A stretch of DNA of 63,299 nt, filler included, from Reticulomyxa filosa (GCA_000512085.1; 21 parts of 21 records of this genome joined end to end with filler, not necessarily neighbours in it); one strand, 5' to 3'; positions 13,025 to 27,150 are shown, counted from the whole stretch's first letter. Program-made: numbers and translations. Notes: generated by a model from the letters alone, not told the origin.

Positions 13025-13654
13025 CAGTTCTTGTAGAATCGTCGACGGAATGAGTCGTCCAAATGCGACGCCCACACGGAGGTAATGGATCTCAAACCAG
13101 CTGGGGTTTTGACGTAACCAACTAATCCAACCACCATCATCGGCGGCGTTTCAATGATCTGTGTTGTTATTATTATACCCCCGTCATAACGTTATTTTCA
13201 TCAAAAAAAAATTTGCACAGTTCATTGTTTTTGTTTGGTCATATATGTAATTTTTTAAAAAATACGCCAAAAACCACTTTCGCGAAATCTCGCAAAAAAA
13301 AAAACTTTTTCCCACTTTCTTCCCCTTTTTTCGGACATAACTGTTACTCCTTCCACAATATCTTTTTCGTGAACTTTTGAACCTGGCCTCTTTAGTTGCT
13401 TCAATATGTGTGTCATACCGGCTTTGTAACCGATGAAGGCTGTCAAATGGGGGTCTTTCTTTTTGTCGTCTGGTGGGAAACTGCGAATTCTTCCTCGATG
13501 ACGACGGCATCTTTTTCTTGGTAAGAATCGAAGTGAACCATGACGAGGGGCTGTTTGTTTTCACAAGTGTACAAAACGATTTTAAGACAGAAAACAGAAA
13601 AAAGTAGCAGCTTCACAAAGTTGTGGACAAACCTTCAAATTTACGATGTGACAT
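13025..13654 (-). CDS. RPL3: 60S ribosomal protein L3 (uL3), N-terminal part
   Basis: Spliced MSHRKFE|[14 protein letters not shown]...[14 protein letters not shown]...VT|[19 protein letters not shown]...RRRFYKN. Confidence 0.97.
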
Positions 13655-14743
13655 ATTTTACACCACAGCCGCTAGATTTGATTGCAAAGCAGTGCGATGA
13701 TCCCTGAAAGTTGGAAAAATAATTGTTCGAAAAAACCAAGCAACAAAAAGTGTCACTTTGTGGCTCACAGTCGCTTTGTCTTAATTTTCAGTGCAACGTT
13801 CGGATTTACGTTTAGAGGACAATGCATTGCGTTTTACAACAGTCGTAATATCAAACAAAAAATTGGTGTACAGTTTTTTAAAAATTTGTTATTCTATTAA
13901 CATAAAGACAAGATTACACATAGCTAAATTTTCATTTGTAATTTGTTCAGATCAAAATAAAGATGTATTTTCCCTCATAAAATAAAACAGTAGCTCCTTA
14001 TTACGATCACTCTTGCAAACACAAAACTGTTCTTTAAACAGAATAAAATTGTTCAGCTTTAAACAAAATTGTCAGCTTTCTTCGTCTTCAAAGTTTTTTC
14101 GTACTTGAATGTATAATATTCAGTCAAATATGACCAGTATGTACCGTTGCACATCGTTCAAACTCAAAGGTACACTTTCAAGGCGAGATACCAAAATAAA
14201 AAACAGAGATGTCGGGAAAGGACAGTGAAATCTTGAATGAGGTTCATGGTACCGATGGAACGAAAAAACCTAAAGTGAGCATCGGAATATCTTTGTATAA
14301 CCAACCATAAAGCTGATACATAATAATCTCCACAAAAAAAAAGCAGTACAGCTAGAAGAAACAGTTGGAGAATTGCAAGCACTGAACCAGCGTATATTAC
14401 TGATACTTCGTGTGGCCTTCAATGTCGAAACTAGCTTGAACATTTTCTTGGACAGTAATGGGGAAATAGATTTTGGGAAGATAATATCATTTTACCTCAA
14501 AAGTATAAAAAAGAAAGAAACAAATGCAAACGGGACCACAAATATGACACGTCAACAAATACCTCAGCAAGGTGCCAATGAAAAAGTGGACAAGGACGAA
14601 AAAGGCACGTGATAACCAAACAACCTTGTTTTTTTGAAAAAAANNNNNNNNNNNNNNNNNNNNNNNNNNNNNNNNNNNNNNNNNNNNTTAATTAATTAAN
14701 NNNNNNNNNNNNNNNNNNNNNNNNNNNNNNNNNNNNNNNNNNN

Positions 14744-16053
14744 AAAAAAAAAAAAAAAAATTATCGTCAAATAACAGCAACAACAAACCATTGACACTGA
14801 GAATTGATTCTTTGTTTGCAACCACGTAGTCATCGAACAAATCGAGCGCTGCAGGATCGATTGTGTCTTTATCCCACTGCGCATAAACCATGTCCACATC
14901 AATCTCCAAAAACGTAAATTTTAGCAGCGGCACAAATGCAGACGGAATGCACTATTTTTTTTTTTAAATTAAAAAAAAAAAAATTTGAAATTTTTTGCAA
15001 CATGTTTTGAATGCACTTTTTTTTTTTTTTTTTTTTTTTTGATTGATTGATTGTTGTTAACCAAAATATTGGAAACATCGGCATTTGATCGCAGAATGTC
15101 GGCAAATTGAGTGAAGAAATCTTGTGGTTTGAGATACTTGGGACCAATGCACAAAAGGTCCATGTCCGAAGATTCGAAATGAACATCGAGTTCGTATGAA
15201 CCGTAACAGCACACGTACACATTTGGTTGGTCATTACACTTTCGGCCTTTCGAAAGCGATGATTTTCGTTCCCATTCACACGTCATTCGTTTGATTTCTC
15301 CTATCAACCGACTGCGCCTCAATGATATCTCCTTTTTTTTAAAAAAAAAAAAAAAAAGGGTTTGGCCCCTTTCTCTTCCCGCCCCCCCCCCCCTTTTCTG
15401 CCTATCTCTTTCTCGCATGATCTTACTCCCTCTTTTCTCTTTTTTTTTTTTGACAACCCCCCACCTCCGTTCGTTTTATTTTTTTTTGTACAAAAAAAAA
15501 AACAAAAAACAAAAACAATGACAAAACTGTGGATTCACACACAACAAATTGCTCCAGTGCTGCAACATTAGCCAACGCTTCGTCCATGTTCCATTCGCTG
15601 GCATCCACTTGGTCATGGGGAATGCTATCTTTTTTTTGTGGCTCTCGACATGCGAGGCTTGTGTCGATATGTGCCGTTGATGATGCTGCTCGATGTCGAT
15701 GGTCGCTCGCTCTTTCCATTATGCTTTCATTGCTGCTTTGTGATTCCTCTTTTTTGTTCGCTTGCTTGTCTTCATCTTCTTGTTCTTGTTCATGTTCATG
15801 TTCTTGTTCGTGTGGAGTATCGTCAATACTCTGCGACAAAAAAGTGGATTGAGATATGGAGCTTTTTTCATTCGTTTTATTCGCTTGTGTCTCCGTGTCT
15901 TGTGACTTTTCACTACTCAGATTCTCACTTGATGTATGTATGCAATGCAGTGCTATGTCTTCGCTTGTGTCCTCGTCACTGCATGATGACTCTGATACTA
16001 CCATGTTTGTGGCTGCTTTTCTTCCTTCGTTGTCTTCTTGATTATTCACATCC
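14744..16053 (-). CDS. Canonical-type poly(A) polymerase with acidic N-terminal extension, 3' truncated
   Basis: YGSYELDVHFESSDMDLLCIGP (GS...DxD motif), QDFF, PLLKFTFLEIDVDMVYA and ILSVNG match the PAP catalytic domain. Confidence 0.85.
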
Positions 16054-16925
16054 ATTCTCTTACAAAAAATGGAAAGATGATAGAATTATCGTGGTGGTTG
16101 GTTCTTCTTTTTTCTTAATTCTTGTTGATTTCTACAGTTTCAACCACACACAAAAAAGCACAAGTAGAAGAGTTCTTTTGTCCCCAACTTGTACTTTCTT
16201 TCCCTTCCTCTAAATCTCATCAAACACGTTGCTGTGCACACTTCGCTTTACGTTAAAGGCGAATAAGAAACAGCACATATGCATATGCTCCTTTTGCAGA
16301 CGTTAAACATATCACACAATTTGGTGAATATTTTACTTTTTCTTTGTACAGAAACGCTACAAAAAAAGCCATTTCATCAAGCTTAAGAACAACAAAAGTA
16401 CCAGCGTGTGTTTACTTTGAAGTGACAAATTCTAATTGTTGTGTGTGCAAATTCATTAAACAAAAAGCAGATTTTTTACTTGCAATCGTATAATATTTCT
16501 GAAAAACATAAATGGCATTATATATTTTGCTTATAAACTTCCTTTTTTATAATGTTTCATATATTATCTAGTAGAGATCACAGATTGCAGACACAAGGCC
16601 ATTAACACAATTTTTGCAAATGCACTAACATTCAAATGAAGAAAATTGTCAAATTTACGCAAATGTCAAAAAAAAATTTTTGTAAGGTACGTGGCATATA
16701 TATTTATAGTTAAAATCATTTTGCGTAAAAATAATTTGTCGAATATATCTTATTGATATTGTAAATGTGTTATATTAATAAAGTATCTTTTATCTTAAAA
16801 TCGTTAATAAATGTTAATACAATGTCTTTACATTATTTACACATTATATTAATAAATTCTTTTGACAAATAATATTATTTGTATCCATTTGCTGATTGTC
16901 TTATTATATCGTTTTAACTGCCACT

Positions 16926-18350
16926 ATGGATTTAATTATTATGTTTAGTTTTTCTTGTACTTGTTTAACACTTTTTTTTATAAAAAAACTTGCGGTTCAA
17001 TTTTTGTGTCTACTATTTGGTGATATTTTGTCATGTAATGTTTGTATCCAAATGAAATACAGTACAATTTTTTGTTTTTCGAAAACGCTGTGCGTGAAAT
17101 GTGAGACATGCGTATCAAAAATGTAAAGTAATCACAAGGTAGAGTGCAATATTTTGCTTTGGTAACAATGAACTCCTTAAACAACGAGTGGCTATGTAGT
17201 ACAATAACCGCTACGTTTGTTTCTTCAAATTGGCAACAGTTGAATATTTTTTCCCCCTTTCCTTCATATCCATCATCGGTCAGTATGACATTTCCAATTA
17301 TAGCAGCCACCACTTGGGTATTATCTATGTTAAATTCACTAATTCTGACGATACACGTCGGATTTGTGTTATCATTTCATCTGGTAAACCGGTTCATATT
17401 TCAGAATAGGCAGTCCCAAGCTGACAGTGAATTGTTTAGGGCAGTATTTGGTTGGCTTTCAATTTTGTATTGTTGGTTTGGAATTTCGACATTGTCGATA
17501 TCAGGTCATGGTGTGAGTAATGGGTCGCAAAATGGGTGTCACTGGATATTGCATTTTATAGTGATAGTGGAATCTTTGATACAATGGAGTTTGCTAGGAT
17601 TTCTGTTGTCCAAGGCCAAAATTGCCCATATTATTTTAACCACAGTTGGTACGAATGATTTCAACCGTCATTACAGATATTGTATAGATGTATTTTTTGG
17701 AGGGTCAATCTTTTTTTTTTTCCTCCCCCCCTAATACAACTCATTATAATATCCAAGCTAAAAGCAAAATAAACTTTTTTAAAAAAAAGGTTGGAGGGAG
17801 GACCAGGAGGAAAAAAAAAATAAGAAAATAAAAAAATAAAAAAAAAAACACGGACAAACACGAGAAAGCGCAATCAATGTGTTTTATGTCTTTGGAATGA
17901 AAAGGACTTAGACCCTCAAAGTTGTATTATCCGGTGTTAGTTTTATCTCATGTTTGTATGTCTCAGTATATTCAACCAACTTCCTTTTGTGTCCAAAAAC
18001 GCAACAAAATCAAATGGACATATATATACATGTGTCTAAATATATGTGCGTGCACATATTCAATAAAATCTTATTTCAAATTAACAAACATAAAACAAAA
18101 AAAATAAAAAGGTGCTATGTTTACTTCATTTGGTTGCATCAGTAGTGACGATCCGTTTTTCAGTGCAAGTGAGTCAAAATGGCATTACCGAGTGTGTGCA
18201 CAATAGCGGTATCATAGTAGAGTCCTGTGAGTTTTTGTTGCTGATGTTGCAAGTAGCATTAGCATATTTGTTTGTTCATTCCATCAAAAGAGCAGTCAAG
18301 AGCTACGAACATACGAAATCGGCCAATTCCTTTATGGTTTTACGATCACG
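16926..18350 (+). CDS. Multi-pass membrane protein (possibly GPCR-like), spliced
   Basis: Several ~20-aa hydrophobic segments in ORFs 16896-17126, 17144-17734 and 18112-18417, separated by intron-like tracts. Confidence 0.4.
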
Positions 18351-19277
18351 CGTATGTTCATCACTACAAACATGCATATACACATACTTATATTTATATA
18401 TTGTGAATGCAAAATGAATTTTTTTTTAAACAAAAAAAAACAAAAAAAACAAAATAAATAAAATAAAANNNNNNNNNNNNNNNNNNNNNNNNNNNNNNNN
18501 NNNNNNNNNNNNTTAATTAATTAANNNNNNNNNNNNNNNNNNNNNNNNNNNNNNNNNNNNNNNNNNNNTATTGGCGATTGGAAGTTGGTAAGATGTGCAA
18601 GTTCTTTGGCCATGAACAAAGGACTCAAAAATTCCAAAAAAGAGATGAAACCGACAACGGCTGAGACAAAAATGATTTGTTATTATGTTTTGATGGCTTG
18701 GAATGTAACGATAGTTTGGAGTGATTTTGTAAATGTCCCTTTTTAATATTTTCTGATGGTTCCATGGAATGATGATATTTGGGATTCTTTCTTTCACTAT
18801 GTCGAGGATTTTCATGCTCTTTTTCCTGCCTTTCTTCCTCTTTTATCCTCTCTTTGTCTTTTCCTTTCTTTTGTTTCCTTTTTGCCTTGTTCCGTTCTTT
18901 CGTCTCATTTCCACGATTTCCCTGAAACAAATTCGTATTATTGTGATCCCCTTTATTCATTTTGCGCTTTCTCGCGTTTTCATGGGGGCCTTCGATTGTC
19001 ATTGTGATCCATGTGATGAAGATTGAATCGAATTCGAAGAGACTTCGTGGGAAAATGAAGCGTACGCTGACTTGGAAGTTCCTTTGTTGTTTCCGTCGTC
19101 TTTGGATAACAAATTAGTATTAATCGTGGAAGGGATTTCGTCTACATTTTTGATTGTAATTATATCTTTGTTTAAATTTATGTTTGTGATGATTATGATT
19201 GGAGTTGTGGTTGTAATTGAAACGATGAATAGCATGACTGTTGGACACTTGATTGTCTAAATTATTATTTGAAGGAT

Positions 19278-19520
19278 TCAAGGGTGCAAGAGGTCACTTC
19301 CGTGTTTTGAGGGGCATAATATTCGTATGGTAATCGAGTGGGAAGATTCTTGTCCAATGTTTCCCATTGTTGCTGGATGTGTCTCGGGCCAATGCACAAC
19401 AAAGTCCATATCCGAAGACTCAAAGGGAACACTTAATTCGTATGAACCATAGCAACACACACATATGCATTTTCTCAATATCCCCTATCACGCGAATGCG
19501 CTTTGTTGACATTTCCTATG
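19278..19520 (-). pseudogene. Second poly(A) polymerase paralog fragment, disrupted
   Basis: CVCCYGSYELSVPFESSDMDF closely resembles the motif at 15150-15225, with frameshifts nearby. Confidence 0.65.
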
Positions 19521-22322
19521 TTTATATTTATATTTATATTTATTTATGTATTATATATTTTTTGATAGCACAACACAAAAATAACACAAAGTATCAAGTA
19601 AATACAACTAGGCAAACAAAAATAAAAATAGTAATTGGTGGATTGCTTTCTCACCCTCCCTTCCATTGAAATATTCGCGACGCAGTAACTGTTGATTCAA
19701 TCAGAATAAAATGTTCGCAATGCTTCATTCCAAGTTTAATTCATTTTGATCAATGGTTGAAAAATCCATTACAATTTTTTTCTTTTTTATTTTCACTTGC
19801 TTGTTGTGTTGTTGAATCTGCTGACAATTGTTCATTGTCAATATCAATATTATTATTATTATTATTATTGATTAGCATTTGCAATATTATCAAAATTACA
19901 CTTGCTTTCATTTATATAACCATGATTGTCAATATTGCTCATGAAAAGTGACAATGGTATGATTGAGATTCGAGTCCTCACTGTGATGATGTAGACTCCT
20001 ATCTTTGCACTCCACTTTCTTTGTCTTCATGCAAAAGGGTTCACTCTTCATTGCACTAATGCCACATTGCGGTGCGTGCGTGCGTGCGTGCTGACAGGAT
20101 GCTCTTTTCGACAATTCAAACGGTTTGATTGGTTCCAATTGTCTTTCCTCCTTATTGATCGGCAGAGACATAGGGGTTGTCAACAGCACTGCTGCGCCAA
20201 TTCAATGTCATTATCATGGTCGGCATAGTCGTATCTCTCAAGTTCGATTGCAATCCAGATGCACCAATAAATACCTCAAAATAAAATGTGCAAATAAAAA
20301 GATAAGGATTAGAACTAAAATTAATAAGATACAACCAATAATATACCAACCAAACAAAAAAGATATTGAGCTGATCGTCAGGGGAATGATCTGTTTTGTT
20401 ATTGTCTGTTTGTATTGATGAAAAAATCCCACTTTGATCTTTCTAATAATACTTTTTAGTTTAATTTTGTAAGAGCGAGGCAAGCAGGTGCTATGTGCAA
20501 TAATTTTTTGATAACATCAAGCAGCTTGGAAAAAGAAACTAAAGTCATCTCTGTTCTTACCTAAAATTAAAAAAAAAATGCTTTCAACCGAAATGTGTGG
20601 TGTTTCAAACTTTGGGGGAAAGACATGGTCCCTGCAGGTTGACTGCAAGAAACCTCTCTTTTGCTCTGTACACTTTCAGAAACACAGCATATGCCAACTT
20701 TTCGCCAGGTCTCTTTTCACTTTTTCGGATATCTTTTATCTACTTTTTAACTCTTTTTGCTTACACGGAATATAAGACTCGCGTTACATTAAAGCTTAAT
20801 TACCAATTCCGTATGCAAGAAGATAGACATCAAAATAAACCAAATAATAATTGAAGTACAAGGTACACAATTTTGGAACCAAGAAAAACATCGCTTTTTA
20901 GCAAAGTAATAAAATAATGTAAATTGTCAACAAATTCACAATTATACAAAGATTATTTCATTTAAAAACAAAAAGTATATTTTCCAACGTTTTTCACACG
21001 ACAACAAAAAAATCGCTTGCAGCTTTAGACTGCCCCTCTTTTCAAAATTAGATGTTTAGTTTTTAGATGTAAAGACACACTCCGTGCTTTAGTAACAAAT
21101 TCTTTTTGTGTTTCCTTCTCAAAAAAAAGAAAAAGTTGCCATGATTGTAGAGGAACTTTTATTTGCCATAAAATAAATCCATCACACAACAACAAAATGA
21201 GACGGACAATACAATTGTCATAGTTTTTCTATTTTATAATTTTTAGTATAGCAAACATTAAGAAAGGCTTGCAAAAGCTACGTGCGAATCAATTTTTTCA
21301 TATTAAGTCTTCACACTTGTACATGTATGCTCCAATTTGTTTCTGAAATTTTAGTCGTTTATTGGTGTCCTTTAACTCGTATACAATCTACTGAAAATGG
21401 CTTGGCTTTAGTAAATGATCAATTGTGATACAATAATCTCAGAGGACAAATAAAACGCGTGATTGACTTGGTTACTCTAATACACTCATTATCTCTACAC
21501 AGCTGTTTTTCCAGACATTTACACAGTTAGTAATAGTGCACCATGCATAAACATTACTTAAGCGCCATTATTTATGATCATTACATTGTATTTCTGTAAA
21601 GTAGGTCGTACAAGCTTCTAAGGAGCTAAAGCTTGTCAATGTGTTGGCGGTTTCTCTTCTCCAAAACAAGCCTTACAGAGTTTCCATTTCGTTTAGTCAA
21701 ACAAATTTCTGACATGTCATGAGCAGGGTTTTTCCCACACGCAAGTAAAAGAACTTCATTTCGGTACCCAACATGCCATCAGCCCATTTAAAGTTTGCAA
21801 TCACAATTTGCATACTTTTTCAAAAAGTGCAGCAAATTTACTTTAAAACTACAAAAGTTTTTCGTCTCGCTAGCAACACGTTCTTTTTAATGTTCAGTGG
21901 GGTTATTTTTCTCTTTTCATAGAAAGTAATCCAGCNNNNNNNNNNNNNNNNNNNNNNNNNNNNNNNNNNNNNNNNNNNNTTAATTAATTAANNNNNNNNN
22001 NNNNNNNNNNNNNNNNNNNNNNNNNNNNNNNNNNNTAAGGATGTGAAGATTGTCCATCAAACTCATGTTCTTTTTTTTTTCCATACACATTTTTAGTACA
22101 ACATGTATTCCACGCACATTCGCACTCAAACACACCAGAACAGAAAACAACACAAACACGATCATACAACTTGTTTTTCTCACAGCAAACCACAAAAAAA
22201 ACAACCACGTTTCATTTTGCTTTGCGAGAAAAAAAAATGAGGGAAAGGTTTCACACGTAATTTTTTTTTGGTTTTTAGGGTGGGGAAGACAGACCAGCAA
22301 AAAAGGCGTACGTACACAAAAG

Positions 22323-23500
22323 ATGAGTGAAAACGCGAATAATTTTGTGTCGATAAATAGTACAACGAATTCAAGCAATAGCAATGGCACAGAGGAAGTG
22401 AATAGCAAAATACAAAACAGCACAGATATGATCGTTAATTCTACCAATTCCACTGGCAATGGCAACGATAGCAAACTTAACAGCAAACTCAACAGTAGCA
22501 CTAGCAATAGCAATACCATTGGCATTGGGACAAATAATGGTAACAGCAACGGCAGTGGCAGTAATGCACGAATTCACCATTGGTAAAAACCTTTGAACCA
22601 TCATTTTTTGGCGTATTTGTGACACATATTGACAGGTCCGCGACGGAGCAACACTTGGAAGATGCATTTAAAGATTGTGGGAAGATTGTAAGCAGTCGTA
22701 TCATTCGAGACACGGTAACCAACACGTCAAAGGGCTATGGGTTTGTCAACTTTGCGACTGAAAAAGAACGCGATTTCGCAGTTGAAATCAAGCAGGACAT
22801 TTGTATCTTGGGCAATCCTGTGGTGGTAAGGAAAGGCCACGATCAAACGCACCAGCAATATTGTTTGAGTAACACCGGACAAAACTCATTCAAAACAGCC
22901 ACCCAAAAAGGCATTGACTTCCATTTCCATGCTGATCATCATGATAAAGAATCTTCTTCTCAAGATATCAATACTTCCGAATTGGTTGATCCAACAAATG
23001 GTATGTTCAACGCTTTTTAAAAAGAAAAAGATGGCTTCAATTAAAAAACTTTTGTTGTGTGTTTTGAATAGTTGTGTATGTTGGCAATGTTCCCGATAAA
23101 ATGGATGATTCATCACTACGTTTGTATTGATCAGTTAAATGGAATCACCATTGGCAACTTGAAGATCACAGTACAACCTGCGAAGAAACCGGAAGACCAA
23201 GAAACTGTGCTTCGATACATTAAATACATTACGATTGCTCTTGGACAATGTCCTTTGGATTCGCAGCAAATTTACATGTTGGAAAAATCGTATCGTACAG
23301 TCTACGTGTCATTGTTGCACACAACACGGAACGAGACGATTTAGCTAATGTTTTTGTCGCATGGAAATGTTTTAGACTCAAGAACTGTAAAAGACGTCAA
23401 AGCAGGCTTCCCTCCCTATGGTTTATCATATTTGACACAATTACTGCCAGTACTTTGGCAGTTACACAAAGTTTTTTACTTTGCAGTTATTTTCTTAAAA
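22323..23500 (+). CDS. RRM RNA-binding protein with N/S-rich N-terminus; frameshifted, possibly a pseudogene
   Basis: RNP2-like VFVTHI and RNP1 KGYGFVNF; a second RRM start VYVGNVP at ~23073; frame change near 22570. Confidence 0.75.
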
Positions 23501-24493
23501 CAGATTGACTAAAAAATTTCAGAAGACTCAATATCTTACAAAATTCTACCAAAAACACTTAGAACTTGCATTTGAAACTCTGCTGTCTTGTTTGTTTTGC
23601 CAAGTTTGTTTTTTTGAAAATTACACATGTACATTTAGTGGCAAAAGTCCTAACATACAAAATTACACATTATTATGAAGATTATCGATTTCTATTTGAA
23701 AACTCAAAAAATCATTACAAAAAACTTAATATCTTTGTTCGTTTTGAATATTTGTAATTAAAATTTAAAAAAAAAAAATAGAAACAAAAAAAGAATTATG
23801 TACGTACAACAATACATAAACACAATTCTTAAATGCAAACTAGCAAAGGAATAGTGAAAACAAATTAAGCCAAATTGCAAAGAAAAAGTTAAAAGATTTA
23901 AAAATTGTACTGCCAAACGTCATAGCCCCAACTTTGAAATGTTTCGTAAAAAAAAAGAAAGTGTGGGGAGTCTACAGTGAAGAGCTTCACTAAATGTAAT
24001 ACGAAAGGGTGTTACTCTCAATGAGAGTGACTTTCAGTAAACAAAAATAAATTAAAGAATAAATCAAAAGACAAAAGAAGTAAGAGAGAAGAGGTAGTTT
24101 GTTGAGGAGGTTTAACCCAAAGGGAGCTCCTCAGTTCCATAAGCGTTCAGCCATGTGTGATAAGGGCTTGCCCTACAAGAGTGCTGTCAACACTCACCAC
24201 TATTACTGTTTCCAATTCAATAATGCAACATGTGCAATAACTATTGAATTTTTTTTTTCTCGACGGTTTGCCAAAGAATTGTTTGAGAAAAGAACATTGA
24301 CATCTCACAAAACAAACGACAAAGATAAAATAGCAAAAGCAAAGATATTTTTAAAACTTTGTATCACTTAGAACAGTTTTTTTATTTTGTTGGTTTCGAT
24401 TGCTAATACTAGCAACAATTGCTGTACTTGATGTTTGTGCCACTTCAATTTGGTGCCTGCTAGGTTTGTAGACTTAGGATTTTTTTTTAAAAG

Positions 24494-25524
24494 ATGGCTG
24501 CCGATAAAAAAGAGGATAATCTAAAATGTCAATCTTTATTAGAACAACAAATCAAACTAGATCCCTCCAGCAGCAAGTCATACTTTGTGAATGCAAATGA
24601 CTTGGTGAATAGTATTTTGGACAAGCGTAAAGAAATCGCACATCACGATAAGAACTGTCCGTTTTCATGTATTTATGGAGTGACAATGTCAGGATGTGTG
24701 CAAAAGCGACTTGTGGTTCCTGATATATCTTGTGGATATTTGATCTTTTTATACCATTTAAAGCAAAGACATTTGAACCATTATAACATGAGTCCACTCC
24801 AAAAAAAGCATCAAGAAATTCTGAAATGGATGAAGCAATGTATCGAAAAGATAAGGAAAGAGCGTTGCACAGATAATATAAGAATATTGCATAGTTCAAA
24901 GTCATTATTGCGAATAAAGTGGAAAGGATTAGAATATCATATAGCAATAGCATGGACATTTTCAAAGCGACAATATTGTGAGTTTCATTACACCCAAAGA
25001 AATGTGCACGTATATCCATTTTCTTCAGAGCAATTGAAAATAGCAGTGAATGACTTGATGGACGAAGCACCAATCCATCAATTACATATTAAAAAGGCAA
25101 GCAAACAATGGAAAAGATTTTTTTCAAAAAGAACATGAGTGCATCATTGTCATTGCTTCGAGTATATTACGTGAGAGAAAAATTGGTTGGAAGAAATATT
25201 CGATTGGCTGTGTTGTTTTTGAAACTGTGGCAATTCGATGCAATGAAAGACAAGCAACACCTTTCAAATAACTCTTTGGAAATCATCTGCGTGCATTTGT
25301 TCAAGCAATTGGAAAAAGCCCGATCTTCCGACACTCCGATTTTGGCGTTTGATATCGTCGAAGAGTTCTTCAAATTGATCTCGCAATACGTTAAGTGCTC
25401 CAGCAAGTCCATATTCATCGCTTGGCCTTTTCGCTGCTTGCTCGGGTCCGGGGACATCTGCGAGTACAAACAAACAATTTGTCCTGGCAAATTTGTCATT
25501 TTGGACAATCTCATTCTACGTTAA
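24494..25524 (+). CDS. OAS/DZF-like nucleotidyltransferase-fold protein with degenerate catalytic motifs; 1-nt frameshift near 25120
   Basis: The C-lobe SASLSLLRVYYVREK...IRLAVLFLKLW...LSNNSLEIICVHLF...IAWP...VILDN resembles the OAS1_C/DZF helical lobe. The N-lobe has SGCVQK where GGSxxK is expected. Confidence 0.6.
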
Positions 25525-26546
25525 GAGAAACAGTAAAGAAGGAGGAAAATATTTATTAAAAAAATTTTTTTTTTTTGCATTTTTTGACGTATACGTAAAC
25601 GACAAGAAAGAGTGAGGGNNNNNNNNNNNNNNNNNNNNNNNNNNNNNNNNNNNNNNNNNNNNTTAATTAATTAANNNNNNNNNNNNNNNNNNNNNNNNNN
25701 NNNNNNNNNNNNNNNNNNTTTTTGCAATCTACTGTAGTGGGTCTACGAGCGGGCCTTCTTGTTTGTTGGCAAATTGCAATGAATACAATAATTCTAAGCA
25801 ATTTTTACAATTGTTCCCTTTATGTGCCGAAGACTCTCGTTGAATTCAATATTTAATTAAATTTTTTTAAACGTTTATTTCAATGTGTTATTTCCATCAA
25901 TGTTTCAATGTACAGTGGTCTGGTTAATTCCCAATTTAATTTTTGGACACTATGATTACAATAGTTATGACATCATGTTTTTTATTGTTTAGTTCTTGGT
26001 TTCACATTGCATGTAATATGAATTTTTTTTTGACTTGATCTTGAATTAATAAAAAACTAGTTAAATATTTCCACGCATAAACAAATCGATATTTCAGCAA
26101 ATGTAACGACTCAATTTATGGAAATTTTTTTTGATGCAAATGATAAAGATGCGGTTTACAAATTAAAATGCCCAAGTGTTAAAAAAAGAGTGTTTCTTGT
26201 TAAAAATGTGACAGTTTGAGAAAAATGAAGATTCAATTTAAATATTAATTATAATAAAATTACAACAACTTTTATCGATTGAAACAACATTGACAAATCT
26301 ACTTGCATTGCAACCTTTTTTTTCACGCTATCTTTCCACTAAAAGGGAAGACCTCTAAGCAACTAAAATAATAATGATAAAAAGAAACAATTATGAGAGA
26401 CCTTTTTTTTTTGGTTGGATGATAATTATTGTGCAAATTCGAAGAAAAGAAATGAATTATAATAATTCAACGACAAAAATAAACAAATCAAAAAACAAAC
26501 AGAAACCATGAATGTGTCACTCCTTTAATGCCACAAATCGTGAACA

Positions 26547-27150
26547 TTACAATTGAATTTCGAACAATTCACTGTACCACACAAGTTCGTCAATCCAATT
26601 TGGAAAGTGTGACACAATATCGTCTCTGAGAGTGGCTATCCAGTTCGTTTTATCCCATACATAATTTCCATTGATATGTTGGGAACTTATGTACAGCTTT
26701 AATTTCGCATCTCTTTTTGACTTAATCCAAAACAACATATCAGATTGCACAGGGGCCAAACCGTCTTCTTCACATTCTTGTGCATTTGTGCCTGTAAAGT
26801 GCACATCACGCAAATACAAATTTCAATGCAGAATAATGTACACAGTCAAGTCAAGTTTCTTAACATGAAATGTCGAGCTTTGGTTCGATTTTCAGTCCCG
26901 TAGCAATATACAAAAAGGTTTGTTCATCAGTACCACGAAATACTGTCGAGTCCAATGACCAATCTGTTACATGTTTCGTGTCTACAAATACACTCCAATG
27001 CGAAGGACCAGTCAAATGGATAAATGTTAGCTGTTCGTTTCCTGTTTGCGTTTGATTGACCACAGTTACTTTGGCAGCGTACCTTTGTGGGATCTGTTTG
27101 GAGTCAAATAAAACAGTCTTTCCTTGCTGTCGCAGACAAGAGAGGGAATT
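26547..27150 (-). CDS. C-terminal part of an ERMP1-like (M28) membrane metallopeptidase
   Basis: IHLTGPSHWSVF...TDWSL...FLYIATG...HFPNW resembles the ERMP1 C-terminal domain; two exons. Confidence 0.5.

Noticed and set aside
23975-24010. GTGAAGAG...CGAAA as another hammerhead ribozyme
   Set aside because: Lacks the CUGA core and a stem II closing onto GAAA
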